Below, piece after piece: positions 24,501-35,190 of a DNA stretch of 64,000 nucleotides (position 1 is its first letter; each line of letters begins with the position of its first letter). The notes under the pieces were generated by a model. It made no database searches. It worked only from the letters and a program-made list of their open reading frames with translations, and had not been told where the DNA came from. Location: NCBI GenBank assembly GCA_002633005.1, contig NMRA01000322.1:372001-436000 (forward strand), written 5' to 3'. Origin of the DNA: Phoronis australis (Eukaryota; Animalia; Phoronida). The translations under genes and the position numbers were made by a program.

Positions 24501-27500
24501 TTGAGAAGCCTATTTTGAATGAGCAGCAAACAGGGTCGCGCCGCACGTTACACTTGTTTGTGTGTTCTTCCTGTTACCCCAATTCTTTAGTCATTCTTTG
24601 CAGTATTTCACACCCGCCGTGTCTCACTGTGTGTGTCGTCAGCTTATACTCTGTGGTGGCATTACTGCGTCATTTTATCTTCACTTGAGAATGAAACAAG
24701 TATGTTTCGAAATATCGTGTGTCTTTTAATTATGTCGCTAGGTCAGTTACTGTATCTATGTTCAGTTGAGAGTAGAGTTTTGTTCCGAAAGTATGAACGC
24801 AACGGAGTAAAGATTGTGAACAATGAAAAGTGTCGTGCATTTAACAAATTCTGTATAACCGAAATCTTGCTCACGAAGTACAGTCAAATTACAGACAAAG
24901 AAAAGGTGCACAATAGCACAAACACTAGGCTATATCACAATTTATCATGTAGCCAATGTGTACGAGCCAATCAGCTTCTTCCATGGGTCGTCAATGGTGA
25001 CCAGTGGTATGAAAAGGCAGGATCAGTACATTATTTTTTACTAGTCCTGACCAGTGAGGTCCAACAATAGTTCTATACCCCTGTTCCTTGTCAGATTTTA
25101 TAGTATGAACTGGGTTTCAGAAAGACAACATATGACTCAATTTCAGAAGAATGTACCCATTTGCATTTTAGGAAGAGAGTAACGAGGAAATGTCCCTTTA
25201 GCTGAAGAATATAAATTGCCATGTAACTCCTAAAACAGCTGTGAAAACAACACTACTCGCAGGTGAAACAAACCATAGTCAATAAAAAGGTTTACTTACC
25301 ACTTCATCAGCAGTGAAATCGATGAAACCAGGCAAGATGAGAAAGTCACTAAAAAGATGGAAAATACCAATTAGAGATAACTTAAGGTGCCGGTTAACCA
25401 GCCATCATCAATTCATTTCATGTTTCATCAAATCACTTTATAGCCAAGGATTCATTGTCAACCTATAGTTTATTTATTTTAGGTCTCTTGTTATTTAAAC
25501 TCCACAGCACCTTAGGAATAGATTTATAAGAATATTTTTACATCTTGAATTTTCAAAATGCTAAGGATTTCTTTACAAACACAGGACAGCAACTGAAAAA
25601 CAATAATTTAATCAAGTTAGCATTTTGTTTTATTTACATATTATAATGTGCTCCAACAATCTGATTTTGACCAGTTGAATTCTACTAAGAATATGTAAAT
25701 GACCTTTCAGAAAATACTTTTGAAATTGAAAAAGTCCAATGCACCAAGTTTAAATCTGCAGCAACATCTTTTGATTTTTTTACTTGATTTTATTGCAGTC
25801 TTTAAAATTTTATCGTTTTAAGGTTCTTGAGTGTGAGACACATTTTATCTTCTGCAAGGTTAGAAAGTAAAAATAAGACCTAATGTTCTTTTTATTGGCT
25901 CAAAAGTTGTAATTCTAGGGTGGGATGGATTTATGGAACGAATGTACAAATTTGAAGTGGGCCTGTAACTTAACGAATAATCCTTAAGTTCTAAAATTTC
26001 GGTCAATAGTATTGAAAGAGAATTTTGAAGGCTGAAAACTAACAACTAAACTTTTTATCACTTTTTGTGACCGATGTACCGCACCACAGCATCCAGGAGT
26101 TGGCCTTTGACCCCCAAGAGATCAATGAACAGTACAGTTGAAATGTTATTTTTTATAAAGTTTGGGCTTCATCCGATTGGAAATTTGATAATATAGTGAA
26201 ATACCAATAATTAACTCATTTATGACAATAATTAACAACAGACATAGTCTCAATCCATATCTTAAATCTTTACACAACTGTTAAAATTACATGAAAAGAA
26301 TCACTTGATTTGAACATAAATTTCTGAAATACGCGAAGTCCAGATAAACACAGGTTTGAACATCTAAATAACTGAGCTTGCATGTGCCCATTTCAATTCA
26401 CAGGTAGTGTTCTGTTCAGGACAGTTAAGTTCAGATTACAAAGTTCTGATTTGGTGTGCGCCAGAAGTGATCAATAAATTCAAGTTCTGAAATAAAAAGA
26501 GGAGTAGGGCAATGAAGGCAGTTGCACAATAGAGGACAATGCCCACGACAGCCACACTGATGATAAAAAGCTGTCTGAACAACAACCACCACAAGGTCGA
26601 TAATAACGGAGATGTTGCTGACAAAAAGCGAACACCATAACTCTAGACGCCAACAATAGTAATAAGATTGCTGACAATCCTGCCACTTGACGTCCATAAC
26701 ACCAAGGATGTCAAGGATAATGCTGCCAACACCAATGACAATCTTGAAAACAACATCATCGCCATCTTCATCAATGAGGCAATTGATAAACGAAGGTTTG
26801 GTAATTAAAAAAATCTCAAATAACTCGTGAACAGCGAGTCCTAAAGAGAAATTTTCCTTGCAGCACTTGATGAGGTCTATTCACATAGACAAGTTCAATA
26901 AGATCCTTCCAAGTACACCAGAGCTATGCCTCTGTAAAGCAAACTTTTGGAAAATGTTCAACACAACGTCACCTGGCATCTGATTTTAATAAAATTCCAG
27001 TACGTAAGCTTATCTCAAACCTGGCCTCCATTCTAACTCGTATATCAAAAATATTAAGTTCTGTCAACTAGTGAAAGTATATATTTTCTAAAAGAAAAAA
27101 GATCAGAGAACATAAAAATGCTTTTTATATTTAAGTACCATTATTATTTTTACGTAAAAACCTTTTTTAAGCCAAAATTTTATTTTTAAGAAAGGTACAT
27201 TCATAGCAAAACAACCCCTCGGTTGATTTTAATGAAACCTTTTAAATGAAAACTTCAACAGTTACCTCAAAAAAGTTGTTAGGAATTTTCGACTAGTCTT
27301 TTCCTTTGGTTTCTATGACAAACCAACTCGCAAAACGTAAGGTATTTTTGTAAAAAAATTTTATTTGTATTCGTTTTTGTTACATTACACAAAAACTAGG
27401 CCTTTATATCAAAAACAACAGCATTTCTGAGATTGATGACTAAATATTAAGTTTGGAAAGTTTCATTGAAATCCACCAAGCCGTTTTCAAGAACTCATGT

Positions 27501-30500
27501 TCCTAAGTTCAAATAAAGTCGATTTGCTGAAGCCGAGAAAAAAGCCGATTAAAGTGGGACAAGTGAAAATCTCAGTCTTTGGTTAATTAGTCGGTGAAAA
27601 CTTGTTTTCAGTACATTCACTTGCAATGTCAATTAATTTCGCATAGTGTAATTAACTTAATTATCATTAAAACATACCGTTCCCAGTCAACTATTACTGT
27701 TGTTTGCGACCTACTTTTTAAGTAGGTCACAGTTCATTGTTATCCATATAGCCTGTACACGTCCCGTGCTGGGAGACTGATACAAAACAAAGTAAGAAAT
27801 GGATAACAAAACTCGAATTGGTGGTTAAAGCATGTCGTTAGCAAGAGATAGAAACATCGAAATGTCAATTTATTAATCGAATTAATGAATTAGGGTGAGT
27901 ATTTATCTCTTTTCATAACTTGCTGTATTCATGACGACAGAGGCCTGCGACGACTCATAGCATTCGTTTTCAACACCAACGGTCGTATGCATTTAGACGC
28001 ACAACTCCCTCAGGATCAAAACTACGTTTTAGATTCCCCCGCACCATTCTATCATAAGTACACCTCATTGGCTCAATGTTATGGCGACTTTGTGAATGAA
28101 AGGACTGAGCGTATACGAAACTGTTCTGTACATGGCTGGAGATTCGCTTTGATTGAAAGCCTTTTACTTTTGACATCGGATAAGTAGTAAACAAATATCC
28201 ACGCGGTTGATCGGTTCCAAGGTGCTTAGCTAAATCTTTTTTTCTCACTACGCAGTATATATTTTGTATTTGAAGTTCCCCAAGAATGAAGATAAGGTAT
28301 CTTGCTAGACATATGTACAATATTGTAAAAATAGCCAACTTTTGTGAATTAGGTTTGAGGTATTCTTCAGAGATACTGAAAAGTTACACTAACAGGTTCA
28401 TGTCAATCAAAAACATGGTCCATGGCCTTCAAATCATAAAAGGTCTAGAGCGCATGTCGTTCTTGAAACCTGAGGCGACTTATGCAAGCGTGTCCAAAAG
28501 CGTAAGGGGTAAGCACTTTGAATATCAAAATTTAAACTTATTCATTGATCAATATTATAATAAATTGATTGCAATTTTATTAAATATGCTTTTGGCATAT
28601 AACAAGGAATCAAAATGGGAATTGAAAGCTTGCACTAAATATTGAGTACACTTTCAAGTCTCCGAATTTTCAATTTTTCCTAAGTGTACTTGAGACTTCA
28701 CCAAGGAAATTGATTGTCCTGTTTTCATTAGTACTACATAGAAAATAACTGAGAATTACTTATCATGATTTCAAGTTATTTTGGCAACTTCCAAAACATG
28801 AGAAAGTACTCAGTCTAAGTAGCTTTCTAATTTACAAGTAATTACATTGCCTGTGGATGCCGTAGGTATGCAGGCGATAATCTTGTAATGTACCAACTCA
28901 ACCTATTCACTTTCAGATTGATATAATAAAGAACGCTATAACTAAACACTTACTGGGCCACACTGCTAGACCCTTGAGTCAGTTCTCTAGTTCCCCAGCT
29001 CGGTTTTAACTATATATTAATAAAGCACAAAAATATTTCCAAGTGATCAGTGCAATGGGCCCACATGCGCGGCCTGCGTACGTCTGGTACAACGTGTACC
29101 AGACCGCTTGCATTAAAAAAAAAACAAAAAAAAACAGTTACCTGTGTGTAGCAGATTGGATATAAATAGAAGTGATGCCACAACTTCAATTATCTTCCTT
29201 TCAGTTTCTGTTCTGAATATGCAAATTACAGGTCACCTGACCAAAAAGAGGTTGTGACCTTGATTACAAGAAATTGTGTCAGTGAATGGACAATTTTTAA
29301 GATGAGACCAACAAACACAGGAAGTAAACGTACAAAATTGAGAATCATTCGGGAAAAATCAAAAGACCCATCTATGAGTCATGCAAAGGCAATGTGTGTC
29401 AATCGCCTGCTTAAGCCCGAGGAGCGAAGTCTGTGTGGGATATGGGGCGAGAGAGGAGAAAATGAGTTNAATAAAGAACGCTATAACTAAACACTTACTG
29501 GGCCACACTGCTAGACCCTTGAGTCAGTTCTCTAGTTCCCCAGCTCGGTTTTAACTATATATTAATAAAGCACAAAAATATTTCCAAGTGATCAGTGCAA
29601 TGGGCCCACATGCGCGGCCTGCGTACGTCTGGTACATCGTGTACCAGACCGCCTGCATTAAAAAAAAAAAAAAAAAAACAGTTACCTGTGTGTAATAGAT
29701 TGGATATAAATAGAAGTGATGCCACAACTTCAATTATCTTCCTTTCAGTTTCTGTTCTGACTATGCAAATTACAGGTCACCTGACCAAAAAGAGGTTGTG
29801 AACTTGATTACAAGAAATTTTGTCAGTGAATGGACAATTTTTAAGATGTGACCAACTAACACAGGAAGTAAACGCACAAAATTGAGAATCATTCGGGAAA
29901 AATCAAAAGTCCCATCTATGAGTCATGCAAAGGCAATGTGTGTCAATCGCCTGCTTAAGCCCGAGGAGCGAAGTCTGTCTGGGATATGGGGCGAGAGAGG
30001 AGAAAATGAGTTGTTATCGAGCACGAAATATATTCCAGTACTCGACGTTTAGCTCAACATTAAGTCACATTTGGCTAGCGACCTAGCAAAAATCCCAGGT
30101 TGCCAAACGAAATACGAGGTCGCCAAAATTGAAAATCTCAGACGGATACCTAAATAAATTCCCAGGTTTCTTATATGGGTGTCTTAAAAGTTCATCAACC
30201 AAAAAAAGGTCTGATGGCCGTAGCACCACCCGATTACGCTGTAAATGCCTAAATGTAGATGTATCTTTATTCTTTAACTAAATTGCTCCTGCCAGTGAAC
30301 GAACATGGAATGTGGATGACCGCATGGGCAAGTGGCGCGAATTTGCCCGATCTTGCCCGATTTTTATTTACTTCCTCACGTAATTTAAACATTGTGGCAA
30401 ATGTGCTGATTTCACGAAAAAAAAAACGAAACAATTGTGAATCAAAGATAATAAATCTTGGAGAGCTATTAGTAATTCAAAGTTTGGAGTCAACATGAAC

Positions 30501-32778
30501 TTTAAAACGAGTTCACAAGGAATTTATTATTATCTGACTTTGATACTTTTAGTGGCGACTTAGAATTTTCCCAAGGTCACCAAACACAATCTGAGGTCGC
30601 ATTGGCGACCTGCAGGTTGCGGACAGGTTGTGTGCTGTTTTATTCACTTCAGGTATCTAGTTTACTTCATTTTTGGCTCTTGCCAACTACAGTATGCATC
30701 ATTTACAGTACCCTTGGTGCAAAGCTACATATACTAAATTTTCGGTAGTCTTCATACAGCTAGCTGACTGCAGGAGACTTTCACACCATCCCATCTCCCA
30801 TCAATTTTCATGCTGTCAATGTCACTACAAATCGAATACAAGTCGGACTTTACTTATCCGAACTGCTACTGTTTCAAATTCGAAAATGAAATTCACAAAA
30901 CGAGTTGAATTCAGTGTCTGGTTAATGTTTGACAAGCTGAAATGATTGAGCCTTAAACTCTAAGATAAAAGCTTCTTCATGTGTGGCACAGAACTGGCTT
31001 CACTGACCCAGAGCTAATGCATGTGAGTAGAGAAAAACACAAACTTGTGCACTGTTTTTTGGAAAGAAGAAGAAATTTTCTACAATATACTTGACAAATA
31101 CTAGCAGTCGCTCACTGGCACTGTAGGTTTGATTAGCGACATGGAACTGCCACACCGACTTTGCCTGAACCTCAATCACCTCATAGCATTGACTATACAC
31201 AGTTCACACTCTTATACAACTCAAACACAGAGGAGTAGAACCGAAAATTTGGATCTCGTACATCAAGAATCTGTCTGTAACCTTGGTACTTGATGTAAAT
31301 TGTTAACTCCGAGCGTACCTACCCTTTGAAGGGATTAGAAAAATTATATTTAATCATTAAAGCAGTTAGAAAGCATCAAAAATCAAACTGACTCAAATGA
31401 CTTTAGTGCAGTAGAACTGATTTCCAAATGATTAAGATTCTTATTAAACCCAGGATTGTAGCCAAGTTTCATCCACTGAATCACTGGCCCATTATTCAAT
31501 GGTTGTTTACTAGCCGAGATAATCAGTCGTGGGAATCGAACTAGCGACACTGATAAAACCGGCGTGAGTGCTTAACCATTCAGCTCTTCTTCTTGGTTTA
31601 AGCGACCACACTCTCTCCAGAGTATTATGTCACTGTATAACAATGAAAACCAACAAAAAACGAGAACAACTATAACAGGTTTGAAAGGATATATATATAC
31701 ATATACATATACATAGTGGACCTCACTTCAGAGGTCGGTTAACACACTATTAGGTAGATCGGTAACAGATAAGGCAGTCAGTAAACGGGTGCTCCAAATG
31801 GAAGCACCCCACTATGTTGTACTGCAGAAAGGCAGACAGCTTGCTGACAAAGATATCAAGAGAAGGGACTGATGTAATGCAACCCGGCAAGCTATTAGAG
31901 TCTGCGACTGTTCTATTGCCCATTAGCGAGTGGCTATCAAAGGCTCAGATGATTCACCGCAAGCAAATCTACAACATCTACCCTTTCCAATGGAACGTAA
32001 TGTGAACACCAGGTTGTCTCTCGTACAGATCCTCAACTCCTGGAACTTTGACTATCACCATACCATGAGCACCGTCCGAGGTCTGTGGGTAGTGGTTGTC
32101 AGTGATTCATCGGTAGATCATCCGTTTGCTGACTACGCCAAATGTAGTAATGGCCGACCCGTCAATCGAAATAGCCACCCCAATAAAACCGACAAGCGTC
32201 CTAACCTTTCAGAACTTTCCACTCATAGGCAATGCAGCCTTAGCGAGTGGCTAACAGAGACTCGATATATAAATGTTCAGTATTCTTCACTCAAGTACAT
32301 GATGGTTTACCACTATGAGTTTCTAGAACAAATTAACATTTGATAGCCCTAAATCAGAGCTACAAACTCAGAGTTCAGACTTGAACTCTTAGCCTAATGC
32401 TGGGGTCACCAAGTGCAAACTAGAATTATACAACTATCCATGTATTGTAACTAATGTAACTTGTAAGCCATTGCGTAGACTAATCAGGAATTGTAATGAA
32501 CTTACCTCGACTTATCACAACAGAAGAATAGAAAAATAAAAATAATATTGAGTTCGATTTCGAGTACAAAGACTAGATCTCAATACAGGGACCACGGTGC
32601 CACATTCAACTCGTGTCATCTGTTGACTGGTCACTGTCGTTTTTCATTTCTTATCTGGCGCCTTTTAATTTACTACTTACTTGTAAGTTAGACCATCTCC
32701 ATTTCCAAATAATTGTCTTCCCGTAAGACCGTCGTCCGGCACATACCCCGTAGCACCAGAAATCAAATGTTCAGCCAT
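488..32778 (-). CDS. IMPDH: Inosine-5'-monophosphate dehydrogenase, multi-exon gene span; 3' exons lie left of the window
   Basis: GT-AG exons join in frame: [19 protein letters not shown] / DFLILPG / [13 protein letters not shown] / CBS pair / DSSQGNS / [14 protein letters not shown]. Exon sizes 98,49,102,75,207 or 210,88,103+97,91,96 match the vertebrate IMPDH layout as I recall it. Confidence 0.98.
698..788 (-). CDS. IMPDH: IMPDH exon 9 ([30 protein letters not shown])
   Basis: 91 nt; TTTCCAG / GTAAGC; DSSQG motif. Confidence 0.96.
2294..2390 (-). CDS. IMPDH: IMPDH exon 8 ([32 protein letters not shown])
   Basis: 97 nt; TTTTCCAG / GTTAGT; phase fits exon 7. Confidence 0.95.
3329..3390. 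repeat. 9-bp tandem repeat (ATGTAGTTA) x~7
   Basis: Read directly; ~12 nt from the IMPDH exon 7 donor. Confidence 0.92.
3403..3505 (-). CDS. IMPDH: IMPDH exon 7 ([33 protein letters not shown])
   Basis: 103 nt; ACAG / GTAAT; IARTDLKKN motif. Confidence 0.95.
5511..5646. repeat. Inverted repeat, 49-bp arms with 2 mismatches, 38-bp spacer
   Basis: 5511-5559 is the reverse complement of 5598-5646. Confidence 0.85.
5895..5982 (-). CDS. IMPDH: IMPDH exon 6 ([30 protein letters not shown])
   Basis: 88 nt; CTCAG / GTAAAT; start of CBS2. Confidence 0.95.
6992..7164. repeat. ~80-bp direct repeat x2 (period 94)
   Basis: ATTTCGCACAAAATT...GACCATATGTTGTT.CATGACAC occurs twice. Confidence 0.85.
7741..7823. 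repeat. ~27-bp degenerate tandem repeat x3
   Basis: CTCTAGTG(A/C)ATTGTCA.CA units. Confidence 0.7.
11676..11885 (-). CDS. IMPDH: IMPDH exon 5b, CBS1 variant B ([70 protein letters not shown])
   Basis: 210 nt open frame, phase 0/0; TTTGTAG acceptor, GAG|GTAGGA donor; overlaps ORF 11634..11864. Confidence 0.94.
12283..12322. repeat. (CA)n-rich tract; UG-rich in the pre-mRNA directly after the exon 5a donor
   Basis: Read directly. Confidence 0.85.
12325..12531 (-). CDS. IMPDH: IMPDH exon 5a, CBS1 variant A ([69 protein letters not shown])
   Basis: 207 nt open frame, phase 0/0; TCTAG acceptor, GAG|GTATGT donor; absent from the ORF track, translated by hand. Confidence 0.93.
14764..14838 (-). 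CDS. IMPDH: IMPDH exon 4, second copy
   Basis: Same sequence as 19670-19744 at offset 4906. Confidence 0.9.
14869..14942. repeat. 19-bp tandem repeat (AGCAACAATAACGACTAAT) x~4; also at 19775-19848
   Basis: Read directly. Confidence 0.88.
16098..16199 (-). CDS. IMPDH: IMPDH exon 3, second copy
   Basis: Same sequence as 21004-21105 at offset 4906. Confidence 0.9.
18321..18369 (-). CDS. IMPDH: IMPDH exon 2, second copy ([16 protein letters not shown]), probable alternate haplotype
   Basis: Same as 25300-25348 except GAT>AAT; lies in the duplication joined at N19133. Confidence 0.8.
19670..19744 (-). CDS. IMPDH: IMPDH exon 4, upstream copy ([25 protein letters not shown])
   Basis: 75 nt; TGTAG / GTGAG; GIIHHNC motif. 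Confidence 0.92.
21004..21105 (-). CDS. IMPDH: IMPDH exon 3, upstream copy ([34 protein letters not shown])
   Basis: 102 nt; TTTCAG / GTAAGT; SSPMDTVT motif. Confidence 0.93.
24119..24891 (+). mobile_element. 5'-truncated Penelope-like retroelement (GIY-YIG endonuclease end plus probable pseudo-LTR)
   Basis: ORF 24191..24688 has VVYEVVCP...C...YIGQT...L..RL..H...H...H...LESLLI...KP.LN; block is absent from the homologous position near 17780-17920. Confidence 0.82.
24682..24719 (+). ncRNA. Minimal hammerhead-ribozyme-like motif in the Penelope-like terminal repeat
   Basis: CAC-UUGAGAA-U-GAAAC-aaguau-GUUUC-GAAA-UAUC-GUG: core with U3/A8 covariant, 5-bp stem II, 3-bp stem I. Confidence 0.45.
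25300..25348 (-). CDS. IMPDH: IMPDH exon 2, upstream copy ([16 protein letters not shown])
   Basis: 49 nt; TTTTTAG acceptor, GTAAGT donor; phase fits exon 1. Confidence 0.94.
28925..30012. repeat. Direct duplication 28925-29468 / 29470-30012 joined at N29469; probable haplotype overlap
   Basis: Two ~544 bp copies with scattered SNPs on either side of the N. Confidence 0.85.
31430..31590 (-). mobile_element. tRNA-derived SINE-like relic
   Basis: Minus strand AGCTGAATGGTTAAGCAC (A-box-like) and AGTTCGATTCCC (B-box-like); no full cloverleaf; boundaries approximate. Confidence 0.5.
32681..32778 (-). CDS. IMPDH: IMPDH coding exon 1 ([33 protein letters not shown])
   Basis: ATG directly preceded by an in-frame TGA; 98 nt; donor AA|GTAAGT; Tyr12 present. 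Confidence 0.96.
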
Positions 32779-32779
32779 T

Positions 32780-32923
32780 CAGGTACTTTCAAATTCGAGT
32801 CAAGTACTGAGCTGAGGTACCAACGCACGCTTTTGTTCACCTTTGATTTCCGTCGTAAATAAAAGCGGTACACTTCCGGTTGCCTGATCTGCTGAGGAAT
32901 AAATTCGAACAATTCAGGTGAGT
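32780..32923. promoter_or_regulatory. Probable bidirectional IMPDH/MEST promoter, with ETS motif ACTTCCGG (32872-32879) and a candidate non-coding MEST exon ending at 32917
   Basis: IMPDH ATG at 32778 on -; consensus + strand donor CAG|GTGAGT at 32917/32918; the MEST ATG sits directly after an acceptor, which implies an upstream exon. Confidence 0.65.
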
Positions 32924-33043
32924 TTTTGTAGTTTATTGTGTGAATAGGATTTCAAGACATACTTAAAATTGTAACTGTGAGATAAATTGTTCATTGTTAT
33001 GAAGTGAACAAATCATTCAATGAATTGGAAGGTGTATTTGGAG

Positions 33044-33110
33044 CTTGCTGGTTCCCTGCGTGCTTAGCCCAGCCACCGCCCTACGTAGCGGCACACAGGG
33101 AACCAGCGAG
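33044..33110. mobile_element. 67-bp MITE-like element with 20-bp TIRs and a 9-bp target-site duplication (TATTTGGAG)
   Basis: CTTGCTGGTTCCCTGCGTGC / GCACACAGGGAACCAGCGAG; exact 9-mers at 33035-33043 and 33111-33119. Confidence 0.75.
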
Positions 33111-33330
33111 TATTTGGAGTAGTTAGACACCCCCTAGCGGACACGCAGGGAATCAACGAAACCCATGTGGGTCAATTGCTGTGGTCCAAAGCTTGTGCAG
33201 TGGTAAGTTTTGTCATTTTCACCGCTCGACTGTATACTATGTAAACGTACAACTAATATCCAATGTGAATGTGGTCGCCTGCCTGACACTTGAACAACTC
33301 AAAAACAAAGCATGTCAATTTCCAGGGCCT

Positions 33331-33540
33331 TCGATCCACAAGCATCCTCAGCTTCTGATCGTCCCCAATACTGCAATAGCGATAGCCCAATACATAGTAA
33401 TAGTCGGATAGTAGTGTATTGGGGACGGTACTGGTGACAAATACGCCTCCCAAGGTACTTCTTTTTTCCTTATAAATACTCACATATGTGGGTCGGTTTC
33501 AGTTAGGAACGATCAGAAGCTGAGGTTGCCTGTGTTTCGA
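33331..33540. repeat. Inverted repeat with ~38-bp arms (MITE-like)
   Basis: TCGATCCACAAGCATCCTCAGCTTCTGATCGTCCCCAA matches the reverse complement of 33503-33540 with a few mismatches. Confidence 0.65.
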
Positions 33541-34096
33541 TCTAAATGAATGATTTTGGTATCGTTGCATTCCTCAGACATCTGGCTATCCGTACAAATC
33601 CTTTTCACGACCCTCAATTACTCTAGTCTATAACTACGCTATTCCGAACTCGGTCCACTTTATAGCCACGCATCGTGAAATCGGCAGCCATTTCAGGGAA
33701 CTTACTATATCTAGCGCCATCTATCAGCGATTTTCTACAACACGCGCTGTTCCTGTTTCATCGGTCAACATGGACGACGATAACATGACGATGACAGATA
33801 CGATCGTGAGCTCAGATTCTGTTCTGATCGTCCAGGGCTCGACGCTATTAAAATCGCAAGGTCGCATTTTGCGACCTAGCCAAAATCCCAGGTCACATTT
33901 TCAAAATCCAGCTCGCATTCATAAATGCCAGGTTGCAAAATTTTCTCGCCATTTTACGTGCCAAATTTGATTTTTTAGATCATCGAGAAAATGTTTAGAT
34001 TATGCTCTTACCTGCAGCGTTAAATTCTCACAAATTTCAAATCACATCATTGACTTCGTTCATGCAGGTGCGGCGTTACTGTTCTTCACGACCGCC

Positions 34097-34227
34097 NNNN
34101 NNNNNNNNNNNNNNNNNNNNNNNNNNNNNNNNNNNNNNNNNNNNNNNNNNNNNNNNNNNNNNNNNNNNNNNNNNNNNNNNNNNNNNNNNNNNNNNNNNNN
34201 NNNNNNNNNNNNNNNNNNNNNNNNNNN
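34097..34227. other. Assembly gap (131 N)
   Basis: Run of N. Confidence 0.99.
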
Positions 34228-34348
34228 GTCCTGTTTTGGGTGAGGCTGTCCGATTTAAGAGGACCGGCGGTCATGTTGTTTCTCACCCGTGGTCAAAATT
34301 ATTGGAAAGCATGAAAAGAATCCTACGTTGACACCTTAACCGGCTGAG

Positions 34349-34494
34349 ACCGGGCAACAGGCCCAGTTTGAGCACCACACAATCTGCCCGTTCAGATCCG
34401 GGCAACAGGCCCAGTTTGAGCACCACACAATCTGCCCGTTCAGATCCTGGCAACAGGCCCAGCTTGAGCACCACACAATCTGCCTGTTCAGATC
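34349..34494. repeat. 48-bp tandem repeat x3
   Basis: CCGGGCAACAGGCCCAGTTTGAGCACCACACAATCTGCCCGTTCAGAT units. Confidence 0.9.
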
Positions 34495-35027
34495 AAAGAT
34501 ACTATGCTGTTATGATTAATTAGATTGCTTCAGGCTGCTGATGTTATCATTCTGTAGAGTACGATACCATCATAAACACATTGGGGGTGATAATAGTATT
34601 TTTAAATTAAGTTTGTAAATAGCACATTTGATTAGTTCATGAAAAGCAAACGTGATGTGAAAACTGGAAAGAAATGTGATATTTACAACCTAAAACGTTT
34701 GTTTGATGTTACCATATTTTTTCATTAATTCTACTGAGTGTGCAACATAATTGGGCCAATTACCAAACTACCAGGCAGCAGTTGGATTTTGAGGTGAGCC
34801 AAGTGTTGTGCAATTCTTGCCATGGCAGGACACAAACATGTTTCAGGTCTTTTTGGAAAGAACGTGTACGCGATGTGCCCTGTACATTCAAGAGGATTTG
34901 TTTGTGAAGTCATTGCTCATCAAGATATCATCTCTGCCTGTATAGGGTTTTGTCCAGTTTTTGTTTAATCGAGCTTCTTCCAAAATACATCCTTAATCAG
35001 TGTTTGCATTTCTTTTATAATTTTCAG

Positions 35028-35190
35028 ATGGGTTCCCTGTTGCGAACATTTCTTCTGTATGGTGTTGTTATTAGCGTCCTTCTTGCCGTTTTCTTGAACT
35101 TCCCAGCTCCTGAGCTATCTGACCGACTGAAGAACTGGAAGCAAAGGGGGCAGTACTTTGACTTTGAAGGGCACAAAATCTTTTACATTG
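35028..35190 (+). CDS. MEST: MEST coding exon 1 ([54 protein letters not shown])
   Basis: TTTTCAG|ATG; 163 nt; donor G|GTACAG. Confidence 0.92.

Larger units (their letters stand above)
14228..26106. repeat. Direct duplication 14228-19132 / 19134-26106 joined at a single N (19133); probable uncollapsed haplotypes
   Basis: Collinear near-identical sequence; the second copy has extra blocks at ~22152-23555 and ~24119-24891. Confidence 0.85.

Noticed and set aside
26431-26800. Overlapping hydrophobic or Cys-rich ORFs on the minus strand
   Set aside because: Low-complexity sequence rich in ACA/CAT triplets, no recognisable domain, open in several frames.
31520-31590. Possible tRNA gene
   Set aside because: A/B-box-like motifs are present but I cannot fold acceptor and anticodon stems; treated as a SINE head.
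34283-34494. ORF with repeated VVLKLGLLPGSERADC
   Set aside because: Translation of a 48-bp tandem repeat beside a gap; no protein or splice support.
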